Shown: piece by piece, positions 1 to 9,819 of the stretch
Position numbering within the stretch: position 1 is the stretch's first letter
Layout: each line of letters opens with the position of its first letter
Assembly: GCA_963721455.1 (NCBI GenBank)
Contig: CAVRJG010000062.1
Location: 1 to 42,627, forward strand
Source of the DNA: an uncultured Methanosarcinaceae archaeon
GTDB taxonomy: Archaea; Halobacteriota; Methanosarcinia; Methanosarcinales; Methanosarcinaceae
DNA: 42,627 bases
Direction: 5' to 3'
Position numbers and translations under genes: made by a program
Notes under the pieces: generated by a model
What the model saw: the letters and a program-made list of their open reading frames with translations, nothing else
What the model was told of the DNA's origin: nothing
Database searches by the model: none

Positions 1-5
1 TGCCA

Positions 6-1313
6 ATGATTGCTCTCTCAAGTGTGCTTCACCAACTTGGAAATCTTAAACAAGATACAGGTAATTTTGAAGAAGCCATTGAGTTATATGGTCAATCGTT
101 GGAAATTTCAATGGACATTGGAAATAAATGCGGAATTGCAAATACACTTCATAAGCTGGGACATGTTTATCTACGTCAAGGAAACGTTGAGGAAGCTATT
201 AAGTTATATAATCAATCCTTGGGAATCTCAAAAGAACTGGGATTCAAAGATGGAATTGAAGATGTATTATATGAATTTGGAATAGTTCATCAGCTTCAGG
301 GTAATTACAAAGAGGCTGTTAAGTTCTATAATCAGTCTATGGATATTGCAAAAGAACTGAAAGACCAAGAGGGAATTGCAAATACCTTACACAGACTTGG
401 ATGTATTTATCAAGATCAAGGTAATTACGGAGAAGCTTCCAGACTGTTTAATCAATCTTTGAATATCTTTGAAGAGTTAGGGAACAAAAACGGGATTGCA
501 AAGGTAATACACGCAATTGGGAATATTTATCAAGATTTGAATAATTACGAGAAATCAATTGAATTATATAATCAGTCATTGGAGATTTCAGAAGAATTAG
601 GGGACAAAGAACTCATTGCAGGCACTTTGCACGAGCTTGGACTGACCAATCAAAAACAGGGTAATTTCAAGGAAGCTGCTCAACTTTTTAATCGGTCTTT
701 GGAGATTTCAACAGAGATAGGACACAAAGTAGGAATTGCAAACACATTAAAAGAACTTGGGAAAATTTGTCTAATCCAAGGAGACTTCAAAGAAGCTACT
801 ATATTGTATAATCAGTCTTTGGAAATTTCCAATGAATTGTGTAACAAAAATGAAATTGAAGCAGTATTGTACCAGCTTGGACTGACCAATCAATATCAAG
901 GTAATTACAAAGAAGCTAATAAATTCTATAATAAGTCCTTGGAGATTTCAAAAGAGTTAGAAGACAAATTAGAGATTTCGTTTACGCTTCACCAACTTGG
1001 AAATGTCAATTTTTTACAAAGAAAATATAAAGAAGCTTCTATATTTTATAATCAGTCATTGGAAATTTCCAAAGAACTCGGGAACAAAAATGAAATTGCT
1101 GGTACTCTATGTCAACTTGGACTGCTTCATGAAAAAATGGGTGAATTTTCTTTTGCCCTTGAGGCTTATATAAAGGCCTCTTCTATTTTCAAGACACTTA
1201 ACTCTCCATATAGCCAAATGGCTTCAAAACTTATCTCTAATTTGAAGGACAAAATGGGAAAAGAGGAATATAATGCTGTATTCGAAAAACTGAGGGAACA
1301 AGATGACTCTTGA
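6..1313 (+). CDS. TPR-repeat protein (about 10 tandem 40-aa TPR units); probably the 3' part of a larger gene entering from the left edge
   Basis: Repeating xIAxTLHxLGxxYxxQGxYxEAxxLYNQSLEISxELG unit at 40-aa period; frame is open to the window edge (CCA at 3-5). Confidence 0.9.
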   Translation: MIALSSVLHQLGNLKQDTGNFEEAIELYGQSLEISMDIGNKCGIANTLHKLGHVYLRQGNVEEAIKLYNQSLGISKELGFKDGIEDVLYEFGIVHQLQGNYKEAVKFYNQSMDIAKELKDQEGIANTLHRLGCIYQDQGNYGEASRLFNQSLNIFEELGNKNGIAKVIHAIGNIYQDLNNYEKSIELYNQSLEISEELGDKELIAGTLHELGLTNQKQGNFKEAAQLFNRSLEISTEIGHKVGIANTLKELGKICLIQGDFKEATILYNQSLEISNELCNKNEIEAVLYQLGLTNQYQGNYKEANKFYNKSLEISKELEDKLEISFTLHQLGNVNFLQRKYKEASIFYNQSLEISKELGNKNEIAGTLCQLGLLHEKMGEFSFALEAYIKASSIFKTLNSPYSQMASKLISNLKDKMGKEEYNAVFEKLREQDDS

Positions 1314-1512
1314 ACTTGTTAAATGTCCTCATTGCGGGTACAGATACCGTGCTGATATAGAAAAAATTGTTGAAGATGGAGAAACAGTTGCAGTGCGCTT
1401 TGGTTATTCTGACGTTATGAAATTATTCAGGAGAAATACTGCTAAAAGCCTCTTTATAGACTTCAAATGCCCCAATTGCAAGAAAGAATTCGAATACGAA
1501 GTGAAAGTATGA
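1303..1512 (+). CDS. Small zinc-ribbon protein, 69 aa
   Basis: CPHC and CPNC pairs; start overlaps the TPR gene end, and its stop overlaps the next ATG (ATGA at 1509-1512), indicating translational coupling. Confidence 0.8.
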   Translation: MTLELVKCPHCGYRYRADIEKIVEDGETVAVRFGYSDVMKLFRRNTAKSLFIDFKCPNCKKEFEYEVKV

Positions 1513-2037
1513 ACAATGAGGAATCTGGAGAAAAGGGTGCTGAAGAAGAAGTTCCTGTAATACGTCAGAACCTAACGTTAGCCAGAACCGAATCCTTTCT
1601 GGAAGCAGAATGCCGAAAAACTTGTGGGGGAATCCATTTCCAGTGTGGAAGACACTGCAAAACAGTTTGTTACCATAACAGGGCTGCTAGAAGGGATTTA
1701 TTTCCATGCGATAACGTTTTCGGATGTAAAGAACGTGGAAGGAATTTCAGTCCTGATATACGCGGCTCCGCTTGTTTTATGGCTCGCAAGCCTGATTTTT
1801 GCGGTGATGGTGCTGGTCAGGAAAAAATATGGTCTGAACATAAATTCAAGCCGGGATTCTAAGGAAAAATTCGAGGAAATCCTGGAAGGGAAATATAAGC
1901 TTATACGGATCTCCGGTGGGTTTTTGATCCTCAGCTTTGTGGCACTTACCATTGCTGTCCTGCATTACATGGGAATTCTTTCGTACCACACATTTGAGAT
2001 GTGGCAGAACTCTTCAGTACAGTTGTTCCAAAAATAA
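1509..2037 (+). pseudogene. 3-TM membrane protein, frameshifted near 1572-1581 (or expressed shortened from GTG 1624); Pycsar-TM/DUF5706-like topology
   Basis: Coupled ATG at 1509 (MNNEESGEKGAEEEVPVIRQN) is out of frame with PEPNPFWKQNAEKLVGESISSVEDTAKQ...; three hydrophobic segments follow. Confidence 0.65.
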
Positions 2038-2085
2038 TTTTTTCTTCTTTCAGGTTTGCGCCTTTTCATTCTTTTTCCGGAAAAG

Positions 2086-2104
2086 CCGGTCGCAAAGCGA
2101 CCGG
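2086..2104. terminator. Perfect GC-rich hairpin downstream of the TPR operon
   Basis: CCGGTCGC-AAA-GCGACCGG, preceded by T-rich tracts just after the stop at 2037. Confidence 0.45.
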
Positions 2105-2346
2105 TGAGAGCCTGGGGTTAAGAAAGGTAATTCCTGAGGGCTGAGCATAAAGCGTAATTATTTTGGAATTAAATCGATGAGATTGCTTGTGAAAATGGTT
2201 TAGTACAGTTTACAAAGTTGCCGATGTTATTTCGCGGGGGTCCTAAAAAGGAAGAGGATTTTATTCTATTCCTACTTGAAAGGACAATTTAGAGATTCTT
2301 ACGATGTTTAATTATTTCAGGCTACAATATATATTGACATGATACC

Positions 2347-2757
2347 ATGAAAAGACAAAAAATTTGGGTCTATAGTCCAAAAAGGCCTCCCAGGCCTAAG
2401 GTGCCAGAAGATGTAAAAGAAGAGGTAGAAACGAAAGCAAAGGAACTTGTTGAATCGTCTCTAAAACCGGGATACATTAAGCCTCCACCTGAAGATATTG
2501 ATAGAAACTATATCGTTGACATTTATACTAAATGGCATCGCAGCTTCTTTTATTTCTATGCGAAGTACGCCTCCCCAGGTCCATATTCTATATCCCCATT
2601 TTTTGAAATGGGATTTGCCCGTATGGGATACGTTGGGGATGGCCTTTTCGACCTTTCATTCATGAGGCACACAGAGCAATGGTCTGAAATTTACCAAAAT
2701 CTACCCATAGATGAATGTTTGGAAGCAGTCAAGAATGATCCCTACTTCCTGCTATGA
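2347..2757 (+). CDS. Hypothetical protein (possibly DUF3024-like)
   Basis: 136-aa ORF with protein-like composition; C-terminal FARMGY...LSFMRHTEQW...CLEAVKNDPYF; TATA-like sequence at about 2327-2334. Confidence 0.7.
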   Translation: MKRQKIWVYSPKRPPRPKVPEDVKEEVETKAKELVESSLKPGYIKPPPEDIDRNYIVDIYTKWHRSFFYFYAKYASPGPYSISPFFEMGFARMGYVGDGLFDLSFMRHTEQWSEIYQNLPIDECLEAVKNDPYFLL

Positions 2758-2910
2758 AAGTGGTGGCTTTATTCCGCATTTTATTATTCAATTTACTTCT
2801 GAAAAAGCCGTCCTCCTTCGTCGGCCGGTGAGAATCCCGGTACTCACCAAACAATTTGATAAACCGACCCTGGATTTTCTGGAAGAATTGAAGGGTATGT
2901 TGGAGGAAAT

Positions 2911-4125
2911 TTATGAATCTTCATTACCCTCTTCAGCCAGTTTCCTGAATATTTTTCCCGATTTTGCAGTAAACTCTTCTGCTTCTTCATTCCGGTTCAG
3001 GTTGAGAGAGTTTTTGCATACTCCACGGAGATTCCAGCCATTTCTGCCAGATAGCCGGAGTCTTCCGACTCTTTTTCTTCTCCGTCTCCAGGGAAAACAT
3101 AGGCCAGATCCATGGATTCTTTTGAACTGTCATTCAGCTCTTCTTTGTCTACTCCTTCAAGGAAATCGAGGGCAAGGTCCATGGATTCTTTTGAACTGTC
3201 GTATTTCTTTGACAGGAGGAGGGTATTTCCACGTTCCATAACTTCGGCAGCCAGCATCATTTTAACAGAAAGGGGCCAGATTTCATCATCAAAAATCATT
3301 ACATAATATTCAAGGGCTTCCGAATACTGCTCCTTCGCAAGCTCCTCTTTTCCTACTTCCGCATAAAGGGAGCCCAGTTTATCATAGGCATTGCTTTTGG
3401 CTTTCAAATCCTTCCAGTTTGCCAGAATATCAATAAGTTCCTCCATAACCTCAACAACGCGTTCTTGAAGTTGAATCGCGGATTCATAGTCCTGCTGAAT
3501 TATATAAAAATCAACAAGTTTTCCAAGGGCATGGGCCAAGCCATATATATAGGTCTCACTATCATCAAGCAGCTCAAATGCTTTTTCCCTTACATCCAGG
3601 ATTTTTTCGTAATACTGCTTTTCAGTTTCGGGATCCATATCCGCTGGCTCAAAATACTCATATAGATCCCCGATGGCATCGAAAGCTCTGGCAATTTCCA
3701 ATTCGGGTCCCTCATCGTCGGGATTTTTCTCCAGAAGAATCTCGTAGACCTTTATTTCATTCATGTAGCCCTTTTCTGCATTTTCGACACTACCTGCCAT
3801 TTTAAAATGTCTTGCGAACTCACGGAAGGTATTCGAAAGGGTGGAATTGAAGAACCGAATTCTCATCCTCGTTTAAATCGGAAGTCCTGAAAACATCCAG
3901 GGCTTTATCATACAGGATCTGGCCCTCATCCGGTTTATCCATGGAAAACAGGACCGTTCCCTTTTGCAACAGGACACGACACATAAGATCCGGCCTCTTT
4001 GCTTTTCCCGCAAGGTTTTCGGCCTTATCAAGTTTTTCAAGGGCTTTTTTGTACTTCTTATTTTCAATCAGAGAAGAAATATCCTCTAAATTCCTATTTA
4101 ACAAATCTTCGGCTTGTCTGGACAT
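2911..4125 (-). pseudogene. TPR-like helical-repeat protein with two frameshifts
   Basis: ORFs 3820-4125 and 2997-3866 overlap in different frames; a third frame continues LNRNEEAEEFTAKSGKIFRKLAEEGNEDS* to 2911. Confidence 0.7.
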
Positions 4126-4297
4126 AAATGGAATTTAGACCTCAGGGTATTAGAATTAAACGTCCCTTTAGGAAGTTTCCTGCAAAAACCGGCGAACTTC
4201 ACAACCTTCAAGCTAAAGTGCCGAAGTGTACATAGATGTCTACTTCTTCACAGATCTTAGCACCCTCAACGATCTTAATCCCTTCGATCATTCCCCA

Positions 4298-4453
4298 TCA
4301 ACAAGCAGCCATTTCCAGACAGGTAAGAAAGCTATTTTCTTGTTCTGTGTCTATGTGGCGGCCTGCAAGGACGGTTGAATATTCAGAATTCAAAAGCCTT
4401 GAACTTGAACCGTTTATAAATACGTTTATCCGCCTGTTTTTATGAAGGTAGCT
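4298..4453 (-). pseudogene. Relic of an AAA_14/DUF4143-type ATP-binding protein
   Basis: Minus strand reads INVFINGSSSRLLNSEYSTVLAGRHI, matching the family's (I/V)TGSSSxLLxxExxTxLxGR motif; no start codon or Walker A. Confidence 0.6.
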
Positions 4454-4465
4454 ATTAAAAATTAC

Positions 4466-4545
4466 CATTTATATCGGTAACTTTACCCTAATAATTATCA
4501 TTTATATCGGTAACTTTACCCTAATAATTATCATTTATATCGGTA
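4466..4545. repeat. 33-bp tandem repeat x2.4
   Basis: CATTTATATCGGTAACTTTACCCTAATAATTAT at 4466 and 4499, partial copy at 4532. Confidence 0.95.
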
Positions 4546-4650
4546 TTCCGTTGGGTTGAAACAAACAGGAAAAACGAGTAATCTGAAGGAATTGAAGTTT
4601 AAAAAAATGAAAAAACAAAGCTGTCCCGGGAAAAAAGTTAACAAAAAGGA

Positions 4651-5148
4651 TTATTCCCTGTTATGAATAATCTCATAGCTAACTCTTCCTCTGCCTATGC
4701 AGTCCCTGACGAGCTTTTCTCTGGGGGAAAGGGCGCCGGTTTTTCCCGACTTGACCTCGACAAAGACCACCTTATTCATTTCTCCTTCGGAAAGGCCGTC
4801 AAAGATTATAAAATCCACAGGGGTGCCGAGGAAACGTGCATCTTTGGGATTGTACTCGAAATCAGGAAAATAAGGGATAAGGTGTTCAGTGACCTTGCCC
4901 CGGATAACGGCTTCGCTTTTCTTTACCGCGTCCAGGCGGATTTTTTTCTCCTCGTCAAGTTTCCACGTCCGAAAGAGAGTATCGGCTTTTTCGGAAACCT
5001 GGCGGTCCATCTCCCTCGCTTGCCAGTCTTCATACATATCTCTGGCACGGGATTCGACCCGTATTTTTAGCTGGATATATTTCAGGAGCAGGTAAACTAT
5101 AAGGAAGGCAAGAAAAAGGATAAGGGTTGAAATCATCCAGTCGTCCAC
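4651..5148 (-). CDS. Holliday junction resolvase-like PD-(D/E)xK endonuclease (Endonuc_Holl family) with N-terminal TM anchor
   Basis: GKVTEHLIPY...RFLGTPVDFIIFDG...FVEVKSG motifs; GTG 5148 has GGAG 8 nt upstream (ORF track extends to 5235). Confidence 0.85.
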   Translation of the reverse strand: MDDWMISTLILFLAFLIVYLLLKYIQLKIRVESRARDMYEDWQAREMDRQVSEKADTLFRTWKLDEEKKIRLDAVKKSEAVIRGKVTEHLIPYFPDFEYNPKDARFLGTPVDFIIFDGLSEGEMNKVVFVEVKSGKTGALSPREKLVRDCIGRGRVSYEIIHNRE

Positions 5149-5452
5149 GGTTATTTCTCCGGAAAAAGTTGAGTTTCTGGTATTTTCAGTATTTTTTAGT
5201 TTTGCAAAGTAAATGGAGTGAGGAATAAATCTCAAAGAATAAATCCAGACTCTATAAATGGCTATAAATATTTAAAAGTTCCAGCAGGATTTTGCTTTTA
5301 CCGGCAAGATTTCTTTTCTACCTGTGAACAAGCTGAAGATTTTTAGTCCTGAAAATAAATATGTGCTGGCAAAAAATATATAGGATAAATATAATTTATG
5401 TTTTTCATTCTTCAAAAGGGATTACTGCACAGGGGTAACAGAAGAGAGAAAC

Positions 5453-6295
5453 ATGGCCAGAAATGGAGTGGACAACCGGGAAGCAGGCGAACAAAATAAA
5501 GACATTTTCATGAGTGCCTTCAAGACCACAATTCCTGTTTTACTCGGATACATACCTCTGGGAATGGCGTTCGGATTTCTGCTTGACGGTGCAGGATATC
5601 ACTGGATCTACACTTTCCTGATGAGCCTTTTTGTCTATGCAGGCTCAGGCCAGTTTCTGGCAGTAGCTTTACTTGCTGCCGGCGCAGGATTAACTGAGTT
5701 TGCTATAGCCACTCTGCTCCTTAATTTCAGGCACGCTTTTTACGGGCTGTCCCTGCTTGAGAAGTTTTCCGGGGTCGGAAAGGTCAAGCCTTACCTTGTC
5801 TTTGCGCTAACCGACGAAACGTACGCTCTCCTTACAACAACAGAAGTCCCGAAAGGCAGCTCGAAATCGAGGTTTTACTTTTATATTGCAGCCCTTGACC
5901 ACCTCTACTGGATCGCAGGTTCCGTGCTCGGGGCTGTACTTGGCTCTGTCCTGGACCTTAATCTTGAGGGCATGGGCTTTGTGCTGACTGCTCTATTTGT
6001 GGTGTTGACCATAGAGCAGTATTTTAATTCCGAGGCACGTTTTCCCTTTCTGGCCGCAGTGGGTGCAGGAGCTCTTTCCCTTGTATTTTTCAGCCCTGAC
6101 AATATGTTGCTTGCCTCAATTATCCTCGGAACCTTAATCCTGATGGGCAGGGAAAAGTCAATGCAAAGAATACAGAGAATGCAGAGAACACAGAGGACGC
6201 AGAAAACGCAGAGAGATTCACAAACGAAGAAGGAAATAAGGCCGATTCATGCATCCGTGCAGCCTGTTGAAGACAAAATAAAGGAGAAAAGCTGA
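5453..6295 (+). CDS. azlC: AzlC family branched-chain amino acid exporter subunit
   Basis: PVLLGYIPLGMAFG, YAGSGQF, NFRHAFYG and LTDETYA motifs. Confidence 0.92.
   Translation: MARNGVDNREAGEQNKDIFMSAFKTTIPVLLGYIPLGMAFGFLLDGAGYHWIYTFLMSLFVYAGSGQFLAVALLAAGAGLTEFAIATLLLNFRHAFYGLSLLEKFSGVGKVKPYLVFALTDETYALLTTTEVPKGSSKSRFYFYIAALDHLYWIAGSVLGAVLGSVLDLNLEGMGFVLTALFVVLTIEQYFNSEARFPFLAAVGAGALSLVFFSPDNMLLASIILGTLILMGREKSMQRIQRMQRTQRTQKTQRDSQTKKEIRPIHASVQPVEDKIKEKS
6161..6214 (+). repeat. In-frame 9-bp tandem repeat x6 in the azlC tail (xQR/K)
   Basis: ATGCAAAGA ATACAGAGA ATGCAGAGA ACACAGAGG ACGCAGAAA ACGCAGAGA. Confidence 0.8.
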
Positions 6296-6633
6296 TGATA
6301 GATACCCTTCAAATGCTTGTAACAATTGCGGTTATAGCTCTTGCGACTTTTGCAACACGGGCTCTTCCGTTCATGTGTTTTGGCTCGAGGGAACCACCTG
6401 CCATGCTCTCGGTTATTGAAAAAAATCTGCCTCCAATGATCCTCCTGCTGCTTGTTATTTACTGCTTAAAGGACGTGCAATGGCTTGCAGCTCCTTACGG
6501 GGTTCCTGAACTGTTTACCATAGGCATTGTTGCCGGGCTGCACTTCTGGAAACGAAATGCCATGCTCAGCATCTTTACAGGGACCGCGCTTTATATGATA
6601 CTCATGCAGTTCAACGTTTTTTCTTTTCTCTGA
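6295..6633 (+). CDS. azlD: AzlD family branched-chain amino acid exporter subunit
   Basis: TRALPF, LPPMILLLLVIYC and WKRNAMLSIFTGT motifs; TGATG coupling to azlC. Confidence 0.92.
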   Translation: MIDTLQMLVTIAVIALATFATRALPFMCFGSREPPAMLSVIEKNLPPMILLLLVIYCLKDVQWLAAPYGVPELFTIGIVAGLHFWKRNAMLSIFTGTALYMILMQFNVFSFL

Positions 6634-6809
6634 CTTTTTTCTTGTCTTTTCCTGATCTAGATCGCTTGTGTTTCTCTGATCTAGATGTATTTCCAAATTC
6701 TCCAGATTCCCCAATTTTGTTAAAAGCCGCAATCTGTTAAAAAAACCAAATGAAAAACAATAATAATTATATACATCAATAATAATGCCTTTTCAACAAG
6801 TGACCTTAT

Positions 6810-7667
6810 ATGAATGAGAAAAAAATAGATGAGTCTTTACTAAAAAGTAAAGGATTTCTGCCTCAGAGGCAGGAAAACATGGTTTCAATGCGAGTTAAAG
6901 CTACTGGCGGCAGGGTTGACGCAGAAAAACTGCGTGCAATTGCTGATGCTGCCGATAAATACGGACATGGATATATCCACATAACCTCAAGGCAGGGAAT
7001 TGAGATCCCTTTTGTCAAACTCGAAGAGGCTGAAGAAGCAAGTTATGAACTTGAGAAGCGGGGAGTTTTGAGAGGCTCGGCTGGAAAGAGGGTAAGGGCG
7101 GTAGTTGCCTGCCAGGGGAACGAGGTTTGCAGATATGGGTTGATCGACTGCCAGCAAATAGCATACAGGATAGATGAAAAATATTTAGGGGAAGCTGTTC
7201 CCAAAAAACTCAAGATCGCAGTAACTGGCTGTCCGTCTGCCTGCGTAAAACCCCAGGATACCGATTTTGGAGTAATGGGTACGACAAAACCACAACTCCT
7301 CTCAGAAAACTGCGTTGGCTGTAAGCGCTGTGAAAAAGCATGTAAAATGGAAGCAATAAAGGTTCTGGAAGATAAAGCCAGCATAGACCGGGAAAAGTGC
7401 ATCCTTTGCGGGTTATGTATAGCAGCCTGCAGGAAAGATGCGCTGAGAGCAGAAAAAACCGGATGCACGATCTTTGTCGGAGGCAAGCTTGGACGCAAGC
7501 CAAAACACGGGACAAAGCTTCTTGAGCTTGCAGACGAGGAGCAGCTTTTCTCAATCCTTGAAAAAACCTTTGAGTATTACAGGAGAGAAGGTCTTGAAGG
7601 GGAGAGGATAGGAGACATCATTGACAGGCTCGGAATTGAAAAATACAGAGAGGAAGTCCTACCCTGA
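6810..7667 (+). CDS. Siroheme sulfite/nitrite reductase-like protein (Dsr-LP type) with 2x[4Fe-4S] ferredoxin domain
   Basis: Cx5C (CQGNEVC) and Cx3C (GCPSAC) siroheme-FeS ligands; CVGCKRCEKAC and CILCGLCIAAC; HITSRQG motif. Confidence 0.9.
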   Translation: MNEKKIDESLLKSKGFLPQRQENMVSMRVKATGGRVDAEKLRAIADAADKYGHGYIHITSRQGIEIPFVKLEEAEEASYELEKRGVLRGSAGKRVRAVVACQGNEVCRYGLIDCQQIAYRIDEKYLGEAVPKKLKIAVTGCPSACVKPQDTDFGVMGTTKPQLLSENCVGCKRCEKACKMEAIKVLEDKASIDREKCILCGLCIAACRKDALRAEKTGCTIFVGGKLGRKPKHGTKLLELADEEQLFSILEKTFEYYRREGLEGERIGDIIDRLGIEKYREEVLP

Positions 7668-7801
7668 AACTTCTCTCCCACTTTTCAGTTTTTCTCCAAA
7701 TTTCCAGGTTTCCTCAAGTTTTCCAGTTTTTCTTCAATTTCCCTGAGATCCTGCCTGAAAAACCGCACGGCTAAAAAAAAGAATTTTGAAAATCAGCCCC
7801 G

Positions 7802-8866
7802 TTAAAGTGTCGCTCTTGCGCGCGATCCAAGCCAGGCAACGATCACCCCTAATCCGATAAGCAATGCAATAAAACGTATGAGCCCTCCAACTAAGGGAAT
7901 TTCATATGCAATTGCAAATATAACTGCCCCGATAAGGTAATAAACCATCTTTCCGGCATCCTTTTTGAATATTTTAGTATAAATTATCTCGCCTGCAAGC
8001 AATTTCACAGGTACTGTCGCGATAAGAAGTGCAAGTACAAAGAGCAGGATTGTCAGAACTGAGAGGCTCCACCCGAACATGGTAATAAGCAGGACTATTG
8101 AGAGTACCGGAAGGAAAACCAGAATCAAAAAGCCCAGTAATCCCGCTTTCAGCGGCGAATCTTTTATAAGTTCAGCAAGTCCGCTTACAAAACCCGGGAA
8201 AAGATAGATCAGGACCAACCCCAGAGCAAGGGACGCAAGCAGCCCGAGGATGAACGAGAAAATACCAAATCCTTCAGAAGTTTTTTCATACTGATTTTCC
8301 GTTGCATTTGCTTGCGTAATATTCAGGTTTCCGCCAACATTATTTTTCAGATTCGATGGATAATTTTCTGCCTGCAGTTCAAGGTTTCCTTTAAGCTTGA
8401 ACCCGTCCCCTGTTTTAAGAGTGCCTGTTGAGATTTCCCCATTTCCATTAACGATCCCGTCAAGCGTTACTTCCCCTCCGCCAAGCAGGACATCCCCTTC
8501 GACCACGCTGTCCCGGGAAAGAGTAATCTGGCCGCCAAATGCTGCCACGTCTCCACCTACATTCCCGTTTACCCTTATCGAGCCTCCGGCTGCGATAATG
8601 TTTCCTGAAATATTTCCGTTAACGATTAAATCCCCGCCTGCACCTATGAAATCGTCCCCGGTGTTCCCGTTTATCTCAAGTCGGGACCCTGCGAGCACCA
8701 GATCTCCCTGAATGTCCTGGTCAATCTGAAGATCATCTCCACCTCCGAAAGCGTTTCCTGAGCTCGTATGTTTAAGAAGATCTTCATCGGCAGCTCCTGC
8801 TGAATAAGGCAGTGCAGCAAAAAGAACTATAAGTAAAATAAGACCTGATACCAGTTTCTTTTTCAT
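7802..8866 (-). CDS. Membrane-anchored bactofilin-like beta-helix protein
   Basis: Signal peptide, GDxxxxGGxxxxxGx repeats, multi-TM C-terminus. Confidence 0.8.
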   Translation of the reverse strand: MKKKLVSGLILLIVLFAALPYSAGAADEDLLKHTSSGNAFGGGDDLQIDQDIQGDLVLAGSRLEINGNTGDDFIGAGGDLIVNGNISGNIIAAGGSIRVNGNVGGDVAAFGGQITLSRDSVVEGDVLLGGGEVTLDGIVNGNGEISTGTLKTGDGFKLKGNLELQAENYPSNLKNNVGGNLNITQANATENQYEKTSEGFGIFSFILGLLASLALGLVLIYLFPGFVSGLAELIKDSPLKAGLLGFLILVFLPVLSIVLLITMFGWSLSVLTILLFVLALLIATVPVKLLAGEIIYTKIFKKDAGKMVYYLIGAVIFAIAYEIPLVGGLIRFIALLIGLGVIVAWLGSRARATL

Positions 8867-9124
8867 AAACTAGCCCTCTTTACACTACTGTTTAATTTTG
8901 CACTTAATTATCTCCTATTATAAAAGAATATTTCCAAAAAGTATCTAACAGTTAATATAAAAGTTCAATCCGAAGGATAAAAATAAAAGGAAAGCTTCAG
9001 CGAAAATTAAAAGGGTATAAACTGTACCTTTCAGTAACATGCATGCCTCCCGTTATTTAGCTGGAAGGCGGCCTGATTTCTACCAGGAATTATTTTTACC
9101 AGGTATTAATGAATTACGGAAGTT

Positions 9125-9634
9125 TTACCACGAATTACTATGGATTCTGGAAGTGTCGTACCTGAGCCTGCCTGATTTTTCTTCTGCCGGATAACCCATT
9201 GCAATAATCGAAAACGGAGCTACATGCTCCGGAATATTTAACAACCCCCTGAGTTCCTGGACCATCTTTTCAGCGGGATAAACCCCTATCCAGACAGCCC
9301 CAAGCCCGAGATCATGGGCGGCAAGCAGCATATTTTCACTCGCAGCTGAGCAGTCCTGAATCCAGAAGTCTTTGAATTTGGGAACATTCTGGTCCCCGCA
9401 AACAAGCACTGCAGCGGGAGTACCCTTCAGCATTTTTGCATATGGGTGTACTCCTGAAATTTTTTCAAGCAGGTCATGTTGATCAATTATAACGAAATGC
9501 CAGGGCTGTTCGTCTCCTGCGGACGGTGCATTCATCCCGGCTTTTAAAACATTCTCAATCACATCCCGATTTACCGGGTCTGGCAAATATTTCCGGATGC
9601 TTCTTCTGGTTAAAATTGCGTCCATTGTTTCCAT
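9125..9634 (-). CDS. Nitroreductase family protein
   Basis: RRSIRKY, APSAGDEQPW, ENMLLAAHDLGLGAVWIG and MGYP motifs. Confidence 0.95.
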   Translation of the reverse strand: METMDAILTRRSIRKYLPDPVNRDVIENVLKAGMNAPSAGDEQPWHFVIIDQHDLLEKISGVHPYAKMLKGTPAAVLVCGDQNVPKFKDFWIQDCSAASENMLLAAHDLGLGAVWIGVYPAEKMVQELRGLLNIPEHVAPFSIIAMGYPAEEKSGRLRYDTSRIHSNSW

Positions 9635-9819
9635 AAAATTCCCCCAGTCGCTAATGTTTTTTTATAACGGATAAACTTCCCGGTTAATAGGTATAATATT
9701 AAATAGACATATAATTTTCAATGCATATAATTTAGTTAGATATCACAAAACGGATATACCAGGCTTACAAAAGTTTTTTAAAGACATAAGATTTCTCAAC
9801 ACCATCGAGAGATTGCAGT

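Noticed and set aside
2177-2293. Start-less open stretch DEIACENG...LLERTI*
   Set aside because: May be a gene relic, but I cannot assign a family.
4215-4295. Possible PIN-toxin fragment (AKICEEVDIY) on the minus strand
   Set aside because: Too short and degenerate to support without a search.
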